From: Rhina ancylostomus
Lineage: Eukaryota
Length of the DNA stretch: 64,000 nt
Direction of reading: 5' to 3'
Assembly: GCA_030265395.1 (NCBI GenBank)
Contig: JARFYF010000002.1
Location: forward strand, 48,556,804-48,620,803
The notes under the pieces: model-generated
Told to the model about the DNA's origin: nothing
The model's input: only the letters and a program-made list of their open reading frames with translations
Databases searched by the model: none
Shown here: positions 53,601 to 63,117 of the stretch, in pieces
Position numbering within the stretch: position 1 is the first letter of the stretch
Layout: each line of letters starts with the position of its first letter
Position numbers and translations under genes: made by a program

Positions 53601-56600
53601 AAGCAATCAGCGTATTGCAGTGATGTCAATCCTTATTCAGTGCACAGTTGACTGCTCCCTTGCAAAGCTCGTTGTTGCAATAAGGGGCTACGACCAGGTA
53701 ATCATGTCTTAAGTATGCAGGTAATCACTATGCTTATCCCCTGCAACTGGGGTAAATTTTGAAAGGAATTGGATATATATTTGTATAAGTAAATTTACAG
53801 TGTGGTAAATAAGAAATTGAGAGACAAATTTGATAGCTGTGTCAAAGAGCTGGTCATAATAGATTCATCACTTTTTTTGTGCCCTATAATTCCTTGAATA
53901 CAAAGCAAATTGCAGTTTGTGGTTTTGAATTTCAGATTGTGTTCTGGGTATAGGTCCTCAGTAATTTTTATCTTTTACTTAAGAGCAATGCTATAAGTAA
54001 TGATGCAGTTTCAATTGAAAGTTATTCATGTGGATTGGGATATCATTTTGAAAAGATGGTGGAAGTAGATGTTCGTCAGAAGTCTTGGAGGAAAAATGGG
54101 TGGACGAATGCCATGCCTATCGCAAGCTTGTAAAACATTGGAGGAGAGCATGTAGTTGTTAGCATGGGAGAGGCAGGATCAGAGTATTGTGCCTTGAAAG
54201 TGAAATGTTCTCCTGCTTCTTCTAGCCAGCAACTTGCGTAAGACTAAAACTTTAATTATTTTTTTCCCAACCTGCTTGTATACCATGGGGTTAAGATAAC
54301 TGTTATGTCAAGTGTCCGAAAATGTTCGGGGGGATAAAATTCACCTGATGTGAAGATATAGTATGAATATGTAGGCAAAAATAACTGGTAGGAAACTATG
54401 TAAGAATACAACACTGATAATGTTGTCATTACCATTGCTCAATACCCCACCATCGACATCCTAGGTGTCAACATTGACCAGAAAATCACCTGAACCAGCC
54501 ACCTAAATACAGTGGATACAAGGCCATGTCTGAAGCTAAAAATCCTGTAGTGTCAGTCACCTCCTGATACCCCCAAAGCCTCACTGTTCCAGGGACCCGG
54601 GTCTGATCTTGACCTTAAGAGCTGTCGGTGCAAACTTTGTATGTTCTTTCTGTGACCATGGATTTCCTTCATCAGTATAAACTACCCCTTACCTATGGGT
54701 TAATGGCAATAAAAGTATCAAAAGGACATATGAGAGAGAGAATAGTTGCAGGGGCATAGGGAAATAAGGAGAGAGGGAATGGGACTAATTTGATTGTTCT
54801 CCTGGGACTGGCGTGAACCCAATGAACCAAATGGCTTCCTGTTGTTTATAAGATAAGAATTCGAGTGTGATGGAATATTCTTCTCCCTTGTCTGGATCTG
54901 TGCACTTTCAACAACTTCTAAGAAGCTTGACACCATCCAGGACAAAGCAACTCCCTTGATAACTATCCGATCCTCCACCACCACCACCACCACCACCCCC
55001 CTATCATTCACCACCACCATGCAGTGGCAGCAGTGTGTACACTGCAGCTACTTGGGCTATTCTGACAGCAGTGCCCAAACTCACGTCCTCTACCTTCTGA
55101 GAACGGTAAGGGCAACGGGTATGTGGGAACACCACTCTTGCATGTTGTTCTCTAAGTTGCATACCATCCTGACGTGGAAATATATGGCTGATCCTTCATT
55201 GTCACTGGGTCTAACTCCTGGAACACTCTCCCCAACAGGACTGTAGATATAGGGCTGCAGAAGTTTGAGAAGGCAGTTCACCATCACCTCCTGAAGGGCA
55301 ATTAGGGATGGACAATAAATTTAAAAAAGGATGTACTGACCATTTAACATGAACTGTAGAGCCAGGCCATGACATGCTATTGTAATTGGAGATTATAGTG
55401 ATATTGATATGTGTCCATAAATGACTCCAACTTTCCTTTAATGTGACATGTTGACTTTTTTCAAAGAATCAGCTGTGTGTTCAGTTTGTAGGAAAAGTGT
55501 TAATTGCTCTGAATATTACACATGAAAGATCCATCTGCTGTTGCCTTAAGTAAGTGGCAATAATTGAATCAGGAATGACACAGGTCAAATTCCCACTGTG
55601 GCTCAGTGCATAGCCCAGCCATTAGCAAGAGTGTGCAGCATGTTTAAAATAATGGGTAGGTTGAAACTAGATTAAAATCCAGGGCAAGTGTTACATCACT
55701 AGCATGCTTTGAATTTACAGATCTCGTCTTTAAATGGCAGTGTGATCACTAAATTGGCTCTCTGCATTAGGAGGAGGGAAATCAATCAAAACTGTACTCT
55801 TAGAAACCTCCTGGATGGAGTGTGATCCACTCTATGCTTCAATGATCTATCAGCATCATTCAAGTATAGAATGTCTTCAAGTGGGTAGGAGAAAGTTGGC
55901 AAAAAATGCATAAATAATTACATTGGACCAAGAACTTGTGAAAAAAGATATGGATTATGAATCTGCAACATGTTTCTGACTTCATTAATCACAGGATGAG
56001 TCAACTAAAACTGTTCTTTATTGACCGCATTAGTTTCTGGGCATACTGGTGCCAGAATGTCTCATTAAATCATAGTGACCATTTAGGAACAGCTATTCTG
56101 TTCTGCAGACAGTATTTGTGATAACTCGAGAGCCATCAAAATATATTGGCATTAGCTAGTTTTATCTGCAGTCATGCATCTGCAGTCAGCTTGCATTGCT
56201 GTCTTGCCTTTACATTTCTGAAATAGGTATTTTAATCACTTTAAAGAATATACTAATAAGTTCTGCAAGCTATCTTGATGATTTACATTTATATACATTG
56301 GTTTTGTTGAAGTGTCTTTCTTTCCTTGTTGTGCGATTTTAAGTATTATGAATGGGTTTAAAAATTCATTCCGTGTTGGTAAGCGGGAAGCAACAAATTA
56401 GCCACCTCTAGATGTTGCTTCATATTGACTTTAGTGAGATCTGAAATAGGCAACTAATGTGTGACCACTTGTTTGTCAATAGCATTAAAAGTTAAAAACC
56501 TGTCCCAATGTGTACAGTGCCTTAATTCTACCACATTCAATATTTTGACTCCTTTTTAAACTTGTAGTAGGAATATAAGCATTGTTGTCAGGATACTCAT

Positions 56601-59600
56601 TTATTGCACATCACTAATTGCCCTTGAGAAATTGCAGGTGAGTTGCCCCCCTTGAAATATTGAAGTTCACACGATGATGATATCTTCACAGTGCTGTCTG
56701 GTGGTGTTCCAGGATTGTTACCATTGTTCGAGTGGCAGGCCATGTCATATGCTGTACAACTGGGAGGTAGTGGTATTCCTAACCCTACTTCAGAGTAGAG
56801 GTGCTGTGCTAGGGAGATTACTATTATGGAAGCTCTGTTGAGTTGCTGCAGTGTATCATAGATGCTACATAGTATAGCCAAAGTGTGTCAGTGGAATAAA
56901 TGCTAATGTTGGTGAATGGTATGCTGATAAAATGGCTTACTTGCTCCTAGATGATGTAAAACATGTAGCTGCACATATCAAGACAAATAAAGAGAATGCC
57001 ATCATACTGATGACTTATGCCTCGTACATGGGCATTGGGGAATTGGAAGGCACCATAGAGTATCGACCGTCTTACCTGCTTTCTTGTAGCTATAGTATTT
57101 ATGTGGCTGATTCAGTTACGTTTCAGGTCAGTGGTGAACACCACGTTGTTGATGATGGGGAATATAGCAATGCTGTTGAATGCCAAGGATAAGTGGTTAG
57201 ACCTGTTGGAAGTGCTTGTTGGCTATGCAATGCACTTGCTCTTTGCTGTTTAATCAGGTTAAATACTGTTGAGACTTCTGCATTTGGGCATGGGGGTTTC
57301 CAGGTTACTGAATGTCTTAAAATCATTATCATTAAGGCACAAGTAAAGATGCATGTCAAAGTAATGGTCTTGATGAATCAGCTGGAGTTTGTTGGATTTA
57401 GGACACAATCTTGGGGAAGTCCTGCAGCTGGGTCCTTGATTGATGTACAATTTGATTGCAGAGACTTTCAAACTTGCAGCATTATTTGGTAGTATCTTCA
57501 TATAACTGAAGACATCATAACCTTTCTCTTTTTGTTTAAAAAAAAGTACTTTATTGTTAATTAACATCAAATACTTACACATTAGAGGGCTATTTAATAT
57601 AATTTTAATGAATTCATTATTAATTCAGAAATTTCTTTCTGTTAAATGTACCTATTTGAATAAGATTTAGTACATCACATTTGGTTCAATTACTACTGGC
57701 AAAAAAGTGAACATTAATATATCAACAGGCTTGCTTGCAGTTGATATTCAAATGGTAACTTATTTTTTACTGTGATCAACTTACCCTCATCCTCCTCCAA
57801 AACAAATTGTTGAGAAAATGGTTTATTAATAATTAAAATACTATTTCAAATTATTTATTGTTACATTTTTCAATTAAAGATCCTCAAAAAGAAGTCAATT
57901 TTCACGAATCTTGTAACACAAGTTCAAGCTGGTTCACGGGTATAAAAAAAATCCAAGATGCATCATCTCCAGAGGTTTGAAGTGAAAAAATATGAAAGGA
58001 ATTATCATAGCCAGAGTACATAGATAGGAAAGGTTTAGAGGGATATGGGTCATGGGCCAGACGTGGGAAATGGGACTAGCTCAGGTAGGCAACTTGATCA
58101 GCATGGACAAGTTAGGCCAAAGGGCCTGTTTCTGTGATGTTATCACTCTATGAATCTGTGACTCTATTTCATTTTGCAAGTGAGCACGCTGAAAGGCATA
58201 GTGGGGATCAAGACTCAAAGTGATAAATTATGATAAAAGGTTGCATTAACTTGGTTTGTTGTTTTTCATTAGGAACAAGTAGCCCTAGGGTGATTAAAAT
58301 AAAGTCAAGTTGAGTTTATTGTCGTGTGACCAAGTACAGTGAGGTACAATGAAAAGTTTGTTTGCAGCATCATAGGCATGTATTGCAAGCTATTCAGATT
58401 AATAATGATGCCTGTTAACAAGGAGGTTGATGGCTGGAAATGAAAGCTAGTCTATGAAAATAGTAACAAGAATAATTTTTTTAACAAGTAGCCTGCATTG
58501 AAAATACAAAGATGTTTTTGTATTAATGTTCCTATTAGTATTTCTTTCAGATGGTTATACATTAAACTGTTCCACAGTGAAGTTTATTATTTAATTCCTT
58601 AAATAAATATTGACAAAGCAGCTTGGTGCTATTAAACTTGTACATGATTGATTCCTAATCCATGAGGGAATATACTGAAGTATAAACTGTAATTATTGGT
58701 TTTTGGAATTATTTAATCATTACCATTTCAATGCAAGGTGTTTTGTTATATTAGCCTTCTATTTGAAAATCCTGTGATATAAAATTGGGAATACTTCTGC
58801 AATTATTAATTTGCTTTGTAATGCTCTTTTTCCAAAATAATTGTTAAATGCAAATAAATGATGCAATGCATTTAAAGATGAAGAAATTGTATAAACAATG
58901 TATAAAATTTTTATTTCCTTTTTAAGATTTATAATCGAGCAGAAATGAATTATAATCCATAATGACATCATTCATAACATTTATTAACACATATATACTT
59001 AAAATAGCAAGAATGTATTTTCACACTTGTATAAGTAAGTACTGTCAGTAATCTGTACCAATATCATTATCATTTCTACCCATGTGCTTTTGTCTTTTAA
59101 CAACATAAACAGCCTGAAAGTTCTCCTCATTAGGTAAAGGCTGGCACTAAATGTGTTTATATAGTAGTAGCAGCAGCATCTATTATTTCTTAACAAAGAT
59201 TGAATGATTTACCTTTTTTGTAAACCATTTTGTAAGCACAGGTGGGAGATCTCTGATTATTTCGAGCAAAATTATGGATTAAGGACTTTATTGGGAATTG
59301 ACCAGAGAGGTGGCATTGACAAGTTTGTAATCCAGATCCTACGACTGAAAAAATATTTTATTTTTCATGCATTTGTTATTGTAACAAAATATTTCAATTT
59401 TTATCTTGTTTTCACAATCATTGTATCAATTTGCTCAGTTTTATGATGCTCTTCTGACTTTGTCTATTTTCTAGAGCGGGAAGACCATTGAAACATCCAA
59501 GGTTAAAGGAGGAAGATGATATCACAAATAAAGTTAACTGGCAAAATGAAAACAAGGGTAAGGGATCATGGGACATCATACCCAACAAATCAGAATTAAT

Positions 59601-62600
59601 TTATTTGGAAAATTGACATGGGAGTAATATTACTTCTCAGTATGAAAGTTTTAAACAAGTGTTTGTCACTTTAGGCTTGGAATAATGGAATACAATGGTC
59701 TGTTTTCAGACACCAGGGGTGAAATCATCTTGTTCAATTTATTAATTGTGTCAGGAGACATAATCACATTTTAGGACTGCACACATTGGTAAAATCTCAG
59801 AATCTGCCTTTAATTCTAAATATAATCTAGTTCAGTGCTCATCACAGAATACCAACACATTACTGTAAATAAGTTTATTTATACACATGGATGGACTAGA
59901 GTTGAAGTCTTGACATGGACCCTCATGGGACACCACTAGTTACAAACTGTAAATCACTGTATCCACCCATTATCCCTACTTTGTCTCCTATTGTAACCAG
60001 GTCAATAATTTGCCAAACCCCATGAGCTTCAACTTCAGGTAACAGTCTGTAATGACAAATGTTAACCAAATGCCTTCTGGACATCCTTGTAAGTAGTGTT
60101 CAGAAGCATTCTCCTGTCCATTACCCTAGTCACCATGCAAACAATTTTGGTCAGGCTGGTTGAGCATAACCTGCATGGTAGATCAGAGTCATTTTAAGTA
60201 TATGGGTTCTAATAAATGAAATTAAGTAGTCTCCAAATTTAAATTTTGTGAGTAAAACATAATTTGGCTTTAATTTTGTGACATGTAATAACTTCTACTT
60301 CATTTTGAAATGCATAATCAAGGAAAATGCTCTTGAATTTATAATGTTTGCTGTTATTTTCAATGTGAACCTGTTAATTTTGTAACATAATGTACACTCT
60401 CCACAGAAAATGATGATTTCAGCCTGCAGCAGGCATTACACCAGTCAGTGTTTATGTCCTCGGCATGCCCTGTGCCTAGTCTGCCTCTCTGCTGGGAACA
60501 ACACAGCAAACTATTACCTGGAGTTGCTGGCATCACTGCCAGAAAAGTAGCAAAATGGACTATCGATGAGGTCAGTAGGAAGCAGTTAATTTTGTCTATA
60601 CAATAATAGTATAATATCTTAAACGTTATGCAAGCAAATAAATTTTGTGGATGTATCAGAGTTATGCCTACAATGTTTTCCGTCTCAGTTAATTGTTATA
60701 AAATTTAGTCCCATTTTTAGCACTAAACAACATCATGGAATGTCAAGTTGGAACAATAGGGTCGGCATGCCTTGAAGCAAATAATAATTAAGAGCAGATG
60801 TCTTTTTTTTTCATTCAGCCTAATTTGCCAACACAGCACCATTGAGAAATATGGACAAGGTCTATAGTCTCAATATTAAAGCGGTGTGAAAGACACAGCA
60901 TTAATATTACCCTTGGGGACCATCTAAACCATTCAAAATGCACACCATTTTAAACAGGAGAATTCTCTGACTTAAGATAGACATCTACCAAGGATGAGCT
61001 CTCAGATGTCATGGTAACACGCACGCAATTCGAATGTGTGTGTCTAATTCCCTGCATCCTGCACTATCAATGAATGCTTCTGGAAGAGACCAAAAATGAG
61101 ATGTCAGTTTTTCTTAAGGTGTCTTTTTTCAGCAGGAAGTCAAGGGACGCTCCTCCTCCTAGTTCTTGTTGGGTTTCTAGTGCCCCTAATGATCCCACCT
61201 GTGATCACAATATTTCACAAACAATTCAGAATATGCACAAAAGGCTTCATCTGCAATATCCCATTCCTGACTGTTGACTCTACATTATCTCAGTCATTTT
61301 CAATCTAGAGTCAGTGAAATGAAGCTCAGAAGTGAAGTATACCTGGGGCTTGGTGGACCAGGCAGATCAATGCTTACCATATCCCCTGTGATGCTCCTCC
61401 ACTTTTTGGCTCGGTCAAATAAAAGTTTTTTCTAAATTTGATTTGTTTGAATAATTTTGTTTAAACTGCTCCAAATTATATTAAAATTACCAGTCTACTA
61501 AGTAGATGAGTTAACAATTCTTGCAAATGTTAGGAAGCCTAACAAAAAAAAAATCACAAATTAGCTTTATAGTATTTTTAACACACAGTGCAATAATGGT
61601 AATATTAAACCTTAGAAGTAACTTGAGGTAGACAGGTAAACATTAATAATTGCCAGATTTAATACCAGCTTTCAAAGATGGTTTAAAAGCATCCAAACAA
61701 ATCAGCGTCAGATGGACATCATTCAGCACAAACTTGTATTGCAGTCAGATTAAACCACTGTCTCAATGGTTTTGAATGGGCAAGCATAATACTTCAACAT
61801 TGCTGAAAATATAGTCACTTTAGTAAAGATTTTAACACTTTATGTTGCTTTATTCTTCTGGATTAGCAGACTTGAATATGCAGTCAATGGCAAAGCAACA
61901 GCACTTGTGGCTGTCCTCAGATCTACTTATCTCCATGACAAGAACTTCATTTTATCAATGCCGGCTTTGTCAGCTGTAAGCCAACCACATTAAAGAAATT
62001 ACACAAACAAAATAATAGGTTGGAAATGTACACTTGTATTTAATACAGATCTTGACATATAAATTAATAACATCATTTCATCCTTCTTGAGAATTTTTTA
62101 TGTTATGAGGGAATTAAAATGCACATTTTTTAAGAAAGTAATTTGCTGGGCAGTGGTTATAGCTTGTACAGTATTAAACACTCAAATCACTCAAAGGTTT
62201 TTAGAATATTTTTGTGCCTAATCCAATTTCCAGATTGGGAAATTCCAACAGGAAATGAAGACAAACACTTTAGAAATTTGCAAAAACTCATTATAGGTGT
62301 GACTTTTCCTTCAAGGCAAAACAAGTGAAGATGGGTCCAATTTCTAGATGGCCACTATTTTATGTTTGATTTTCACTCTTGGACCAACAGGAATACGTTC
62401 ACTGTAACTTTGGATAAGGGTCAGATGCCTGATCAGATTATGATATTCGTATCTTGTGCTGTTGAGTTGCAGTGGTCAGCCATTGGTTTCATGAAAAAAA
62501 AATCTTGCTTTCTCCCTCACATTTGAAATGCATTGACTGACAGAAAACTTGTATCAAATCATTGAGTGGGGTCAAAACATATATCCACAATAATGAAGGT

Positions 62601-63117
62601 GGGAATGAAGTCTAGGGCAAGAGAAATCCAAGGACCTAACCTGATGCCAGTAAAATGCCACAATGAAATTGTTGGATTTGACTGTTTTAATTAGTTTTTT
62701 TAACATGTATAGTGTGTAACATACCTCAAGTGGCTGCACAAGGACTGGCCACTTCCTAGCTTATTGGTTCGTCCATCAGGTGAATGTGTATTTTCTTNNN
62801 NNNNNNNNNNNNNNNNNNNNNNNNNNNNNNNNNNNNNNNNNNNNNNNNNNNNNNNNNNNNNNNNNNNNNGGAAGGTCACACTTTTTAGTGATAACAGTAA
62901 TCAACAATAAGGCTAATGATGCTTTTGCATTACAATCAGACTTGCCACCAGCAGAGAGAGGAGCTTTACTATTAAATTATAAGAGCTAGAATAGTAAATA
63001 TTGATTATCCAAATATTTATGTTAATGATCTGTATTCTTTGGTAATATCTGCAGGTATCTGAATTTATACTGAGTTTGCCAGGTTGTGAAGAACAAGCCA
63101 AAGCATTTAAGCACGAG
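5583..63117 (+). CDS. L3MBTL3: L3MBTL3 ortholog, partial spliced CDS (16 exons in window, 595 codons; N- and C-terminal exons outside window)
   Basis: Spliced translation gives RARRKRKCDSGLLKQ..WCWASYLEEEKAVAAP (matches recalled human L3MBTL3 RARRKRRGDSAVLKQ..WCWASYLEEEKAVAVP), three MBT repeats, CCHHC finger and SAM start; all introns GT-AG with compatible phases. Confidence 0.92.
6598..6692 (+). CDS. L3MBTL3: L3MBTL3 exon, start of MBT1
   Basis: tttgcag|CT..GAG|gttaga; LTFGGKRKTWCWASYLEEEKAVAAPTKLFRE. Confidence 0.95.
7955..8033. mobile_element. Miniature fold-back Penelope pLTR insertion with 15-bp TSD
   Basis: tgagagtatatggag at 7940-7954 and 8034-8048; insert has an internal inverted repeat aaaaacaaa..ctgctg / cagcag..ttttgttttt. 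Confidence 0.8.
8419..8523 (+). CDS. L3MBTL3: L3MBTL3 exon, MBT1
   Basis: ttttag|TAT..GAG|gtatat; YQSFPQSKNGFKIGMKLEGVDPERPSMYCVLTVAE. Confidence 0.96.
11305..11705 (+). mobile_element. CR1 LINE 3' fragment with internal deletions
   Basis: KWQMAFN..VLHF, QRDLGV, WNVLPGEVVE and the CR1 3' tail. Confidence 0.85.
11770..11890 (+). mobile_element. CR1 ORF1 (SGNH esterase-like) fragment
   Basis: Reads SDRLHFNWAGASILVN, resembling the DGLHLN esterase block of CR1 ORF1. Confidence 0.55.
12734..12869 (+). CDS. L3MBTL3: L3MBTL3 exon, end of MBT1
   Basis: tctcag|GTG..AGA G|gtaagt; [45 protein letters not shown]. Confidence 0.97.
13708..13830 (-). repeat. Penelope pLTR-derived fragment
   Basis: cagacgctggaaatcagaaataaaaacagaaa..cagatcaggcaacaactgtgggaagagaaacag..gaccctt. 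Confidence 0.65.
14341..14492 (+). mobile_element. CR1 3' tail
   Basis: ggccgaagggcctgtactgtgctgtaacgttctatgttc; reverse-complement homolog at 18066-18221. Confidence 0.85.
15504..15595 (+). CDS. L3MBTL3: L3MBTL3 exon, start of MBT2
   Basis: ctccag|GC..ACG|gtaagg; YREDEFNWSLYLKMCKAQAVPKSLFENQNT. Confidence 0.96.
17600..17751 (+). CDS. L3MBTL3: L3MBTL3 exon, MBT2 (aromatic cage)
   Basis: ttttag|ACA..TAC TG|gtgagg; TLTPLGFRLGMKLEAVDKKNPEFICVATVSDMVDNRFLVHFDNWDESYDYW. Confidence 0.97.
18066..18948 (-). mobile_element. CR1 LINE 3' part, mostly N-gap
   Basis: MLLLYRTLVRPHLEYCV..EVVGADTLGILKRLLDRHM; 3' tail ttctatgttc. Confidence 0.9.
19955..20268 (+). mobile_element. HE1-like V-SINE with CR1-derived 3' tail
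   Basis: tRNA head gacctgggttgaatcc; V-domain tgtgggtttcctctgggtgctccaatttccaccca; tail ttgaagggcctgttaccatgctatatgactc. Confidence 0.85.
20275..20417. repeat. Penelope pLTR fragment in fold-back arrangement
   Basis: gcagcatctgtg (20346-20357) pairs with cacagatgctgc (20403-20414). Confidence 0.65.
21674..21750 (+). CDS. L3MBTL3: L3MBTL3 exon, end of MBT2
   Basis: tttcag|G..CCA G|gtgaat; CDATSPYIHPVGWCQQHGKILTTPP (also in ORF 21588..21821). Confidence 0.96.
22258..24030 (-). mobile_element. CR1 (HER1-like) LINE, ~1.8 kb, decayed RT
   Basis: ORFs with KSPGSD, PGNYRPVCLTSVV, DVVYLDFSKAFDKVP, SGVPQSSMLGPLLFI. Confidence 0.95.
24525..24610 (+). CDS. L3MBTL3: L3MBTL3 exon, start of MBT3
   Basis: atttag|AT..TCT|gtaagt; YHDPKHFSWEKYLEETNSLPAPARAFKS. 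Confidence 0.96.
25842..25952 (+). CDS. L3MBTL3: L3MBTL3 exon, MBT3
   Basis: tttcag|CGG..ATG|gtgggt; RPVHGFLPNMKFEVVDKRNPMLIRVASVIDTDDRQVM; alternative donor 6 nt upstream possible. Confidence 0.9.
27285..27358 (+). mobile_element. Short LINE 3' tail (Rex1-type) next to a pLTR fragment at ~27240-27282
   Basis: tgcactgtactgctgccgcaaaacaacagatttcacgacc..aacctgattctg. Confidence 0.5.
27805..27919 (+). CDS. L3MBTL3: L3MBTL3 exon, end of MBT3
   Basis: atctag|ATA..ATC A|gtaagt; [38 protein letters not shown]. Confidence 0.97.
29265..29735 (+). mobile_element. CR1 LINE fragment with internal deletions
   Basis: VTSGLPEESVLG, KWQMEFNPSKCEVLHFG, CR1 tail. Confidence 0.88.
30878..31455 (+). mobile_element. 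CR1 LINE 3' fragment
   Basis: RNLRGNFLIQKVVRMWNELPEKVVEAGT; tail gggctgaagagcctgtttcatgctg. Confidence 0.9.
33025..33300 (+). mobile_element. V-SINE/HE1-like SINE just upstream of the zinc-finger exon
   Basis: gtctgtgtggagtttgcatgttctcc V-domain; ttaattggccactgt; ggagttgatgggaatgt. Confidence 0.8.
33352..33454 (+). CDS. L3MBTL3: L3MBTL3 exon, CCHHC zinc finger (N-terminal part)
   Basis: aaatag|GC..CAC AG|gtaaat; PLDLVEASEQGGCPTPGCKGIGHIKGVKHSGHH. Confidence 0.95.
33520..33628 (+). mobile_element. DeuSINE (SacSINE1/AmnSINE1-like) 3' fragment
   Basis: attgcaacagtgactctacttcaaaaagcactt..gtgaaagc..taaatgcaagt resembles the recalled DeuSINE 3' end. Confidence 0.55.
33925..34300. mobile_element. 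Possible Tigger/pogo-like MITE
   Basis: Imperfect TIRs (tccccggattac vs reverse complement of gtaacctgagga), ctgactt subterminal motifs, internal cccattgaaatcaatggg palindrome; TA seen only on the left. Confidence 0.45.
35255..37050 (-). mobile_element. Older CR1 LINE, heavily decayed
   Basis: Minus strand GPSGDETGELIMGN, LKSDKSPG and CR1-like 3' end at ~35255-35330. Confidence 0.8.
37745..37985 (+). mobile_element. V-SINE with a non-CR1 3' tail (5' end in N-gap)
   Basis: tgtgggtttcctccaggtgctccagtttcctcccac V-domain; tail atttcacagtgtgtttcgat..tctaataaa. Confidence 0.75.
38890..39330 (-). mobile_element. Ancient LINE fragment, possibly the same family as 56596-57460
   Basis: Weak similarity to endonuclease/RT-region sequence; heavily degraded. 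Confidence 0.35.
39375..40880 (+). mobile_element. CR1 LINE, ~1.5 kb, decayed RT and 3' UTR
   Basis: QHGFRKGRSYLTNLLEFFE, SAFADNT, LEYCVQFWSP, NLWNSLP; tail cctcctgctcctatttgtgttctt. Confidence 0.95.
42010..42782 (+). mobile_element. CR1 (HER1-like) 3' fragment
   Basis: MLELYKMLVRLHLEYCVLFWSP..NRNLRGNF..IWNELPDEVVEAGT; CR1 tail. Confidence 0.93.
45337..47822 (+). mobile_element. Penelope-like retroelement (RT + GIY-YIG), decayed, with inverted 5' pLTR and 3' pLTR
   Basis: TNPNLVIKTTDK (~45870), KGEAMGTRMGPSYACLFLGFLEQSL (~46183-46257), CTSSNLVHCVWCLQCGLLYVSETKHRLGDCFAE..PVAHLFN (46945-47100); 45341-45403 is the reverse complement of 47596-47670; candidate TSD acgaatctttttg / atgaatatttttg. 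Confidence 0.9.
48137..48304 (+). CDS. L3MBTL3: L3MBTL3 exon, end of zinc finger plus linker
   Basis: ttatag|T GCA..; ALGCPYSEINLNRENVLQDRLNGEMPVSSPGIPRNKKVEADG..; donor GG|gtctga is weak and was chosen for phase-2 compatibility with the next exon. Confidence 0.8.
49270..50520 (+). mobile_element. Cluster of ancient CR1 fragments
   Basis: ccacaactggagtattgc (PQLEYC), tggaattctttaccccag (WNSL-like), cagatgaaattgaatgcagg and CR1-like tails. Confidence 0.6.
51110..51244 (+). CDS. L3MBTL3: L3MBTL3 candidate linker exon
   Basis: ctacag|A AAA..CCC AG|gtcagc; KCSKDNWLSEVAIEGKRSAEDSVSDEESPCKKSLLFASKGRKYP; open 135-nt phase 2-2 exon. Confidence 0.7.
51530..51995 (+). mobile_element. CR1/L2-group LINE RT fragment (second family)
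   Basis: KKQDKSN, PDLITALVQTWTKELNS, FDQVWHQG, LESYLAQRKM. Confidence 0.8.
54580..54855 (+). mobile_element. V-SINE nested in the LINE fragment
   Basis: cctcactgttccagggacccgggtctgatcttgacc head; tttgtatgttctttctgtgacc V-domain; aaatggcttcctgttg tail. Confidence 0.65.
54975..55019 (+). repeat. (CAC)n microsatellite
   Basis: ccaccaccaccaccaccaccacc..caccaccacc. Confidence 0.8.
56596..57460 (-). mobile_element. CR1/L2-group LINE 3' fragment, decayed
   Basis: atttattgcacatcactaattgcccttgagaa is the reverse complement of the tail at ~55290-55320. Confidence 0.65.
58015..58166 (+). mobile_element. CR1 3' tail
   Basis: aggaaaggtttagagggatatggg..ggccaaagggcctgtttctgtg..tgactctat. Confidence 0.85.
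58300..58380 (-). mobile_element. Rex1-type LINE 3' tail
   Basis: aagtcaagttgagtttattgtc..gtacaatgaaaagtttgtttgcagca; related to ~2795-2900. Confidence 0.5.
59475..59557 (+). CDS. L3MBTL3: L3MBTL3 linker exon
   Basis: ttctag|A GCG..AAG G|gtaagg; AGRPLKHPRLKEEDDITNKVNWQNENK; phase 2 to 1 bridges to the next exon. Confidence 0.8.
59905..60170 (-). mobile_element. Ancient CR1 RT fragment
   Basis: gggacaccactagttac is the reverse complement of VTSGVP; aaatgccttctggacatcc is the reverse complement of D(F)QKAF-like. Confidence 0.6.
60407..60570 (+). CDS. L3MBTL3: L3MBTL3 exon, pre-SAM and SAM start
   Basis: ccacag|AA..GAG|gtcagt; NDDFSLQQALHQSVFMSSACPVPSLPLCWEQHSKLLPGVAGITARKVAKWTIDE. Confidence 0.95.
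63055..63117 (+). CDS. L3MBTL3: L3MBTL3 exon, SAM domain
   Basis: ctgcag|GTA..GAG|gtaagc; VSEFILSLPGCEEQAKAFKHE. Confidence 0.95.

Larger units (their letters stand above)
54435..55320 (+). mobile_element. CR1/L2-group LINE 3' fragment interrupted by a SINE
   Basis: IDILGVNIDQK before the SINE and KKLDTIQDKA after it; tail caccatcacctcctgaagggcaattagggatggacaataaat. Confidence 0.75.

Noticed and set aside
57880-57975. Purine-rich stretch after an AG that looks like an extra exon
   Set aside because: In the required phase 2 it reaches TAA after 11 codons, and the flanking exons join in frame without it
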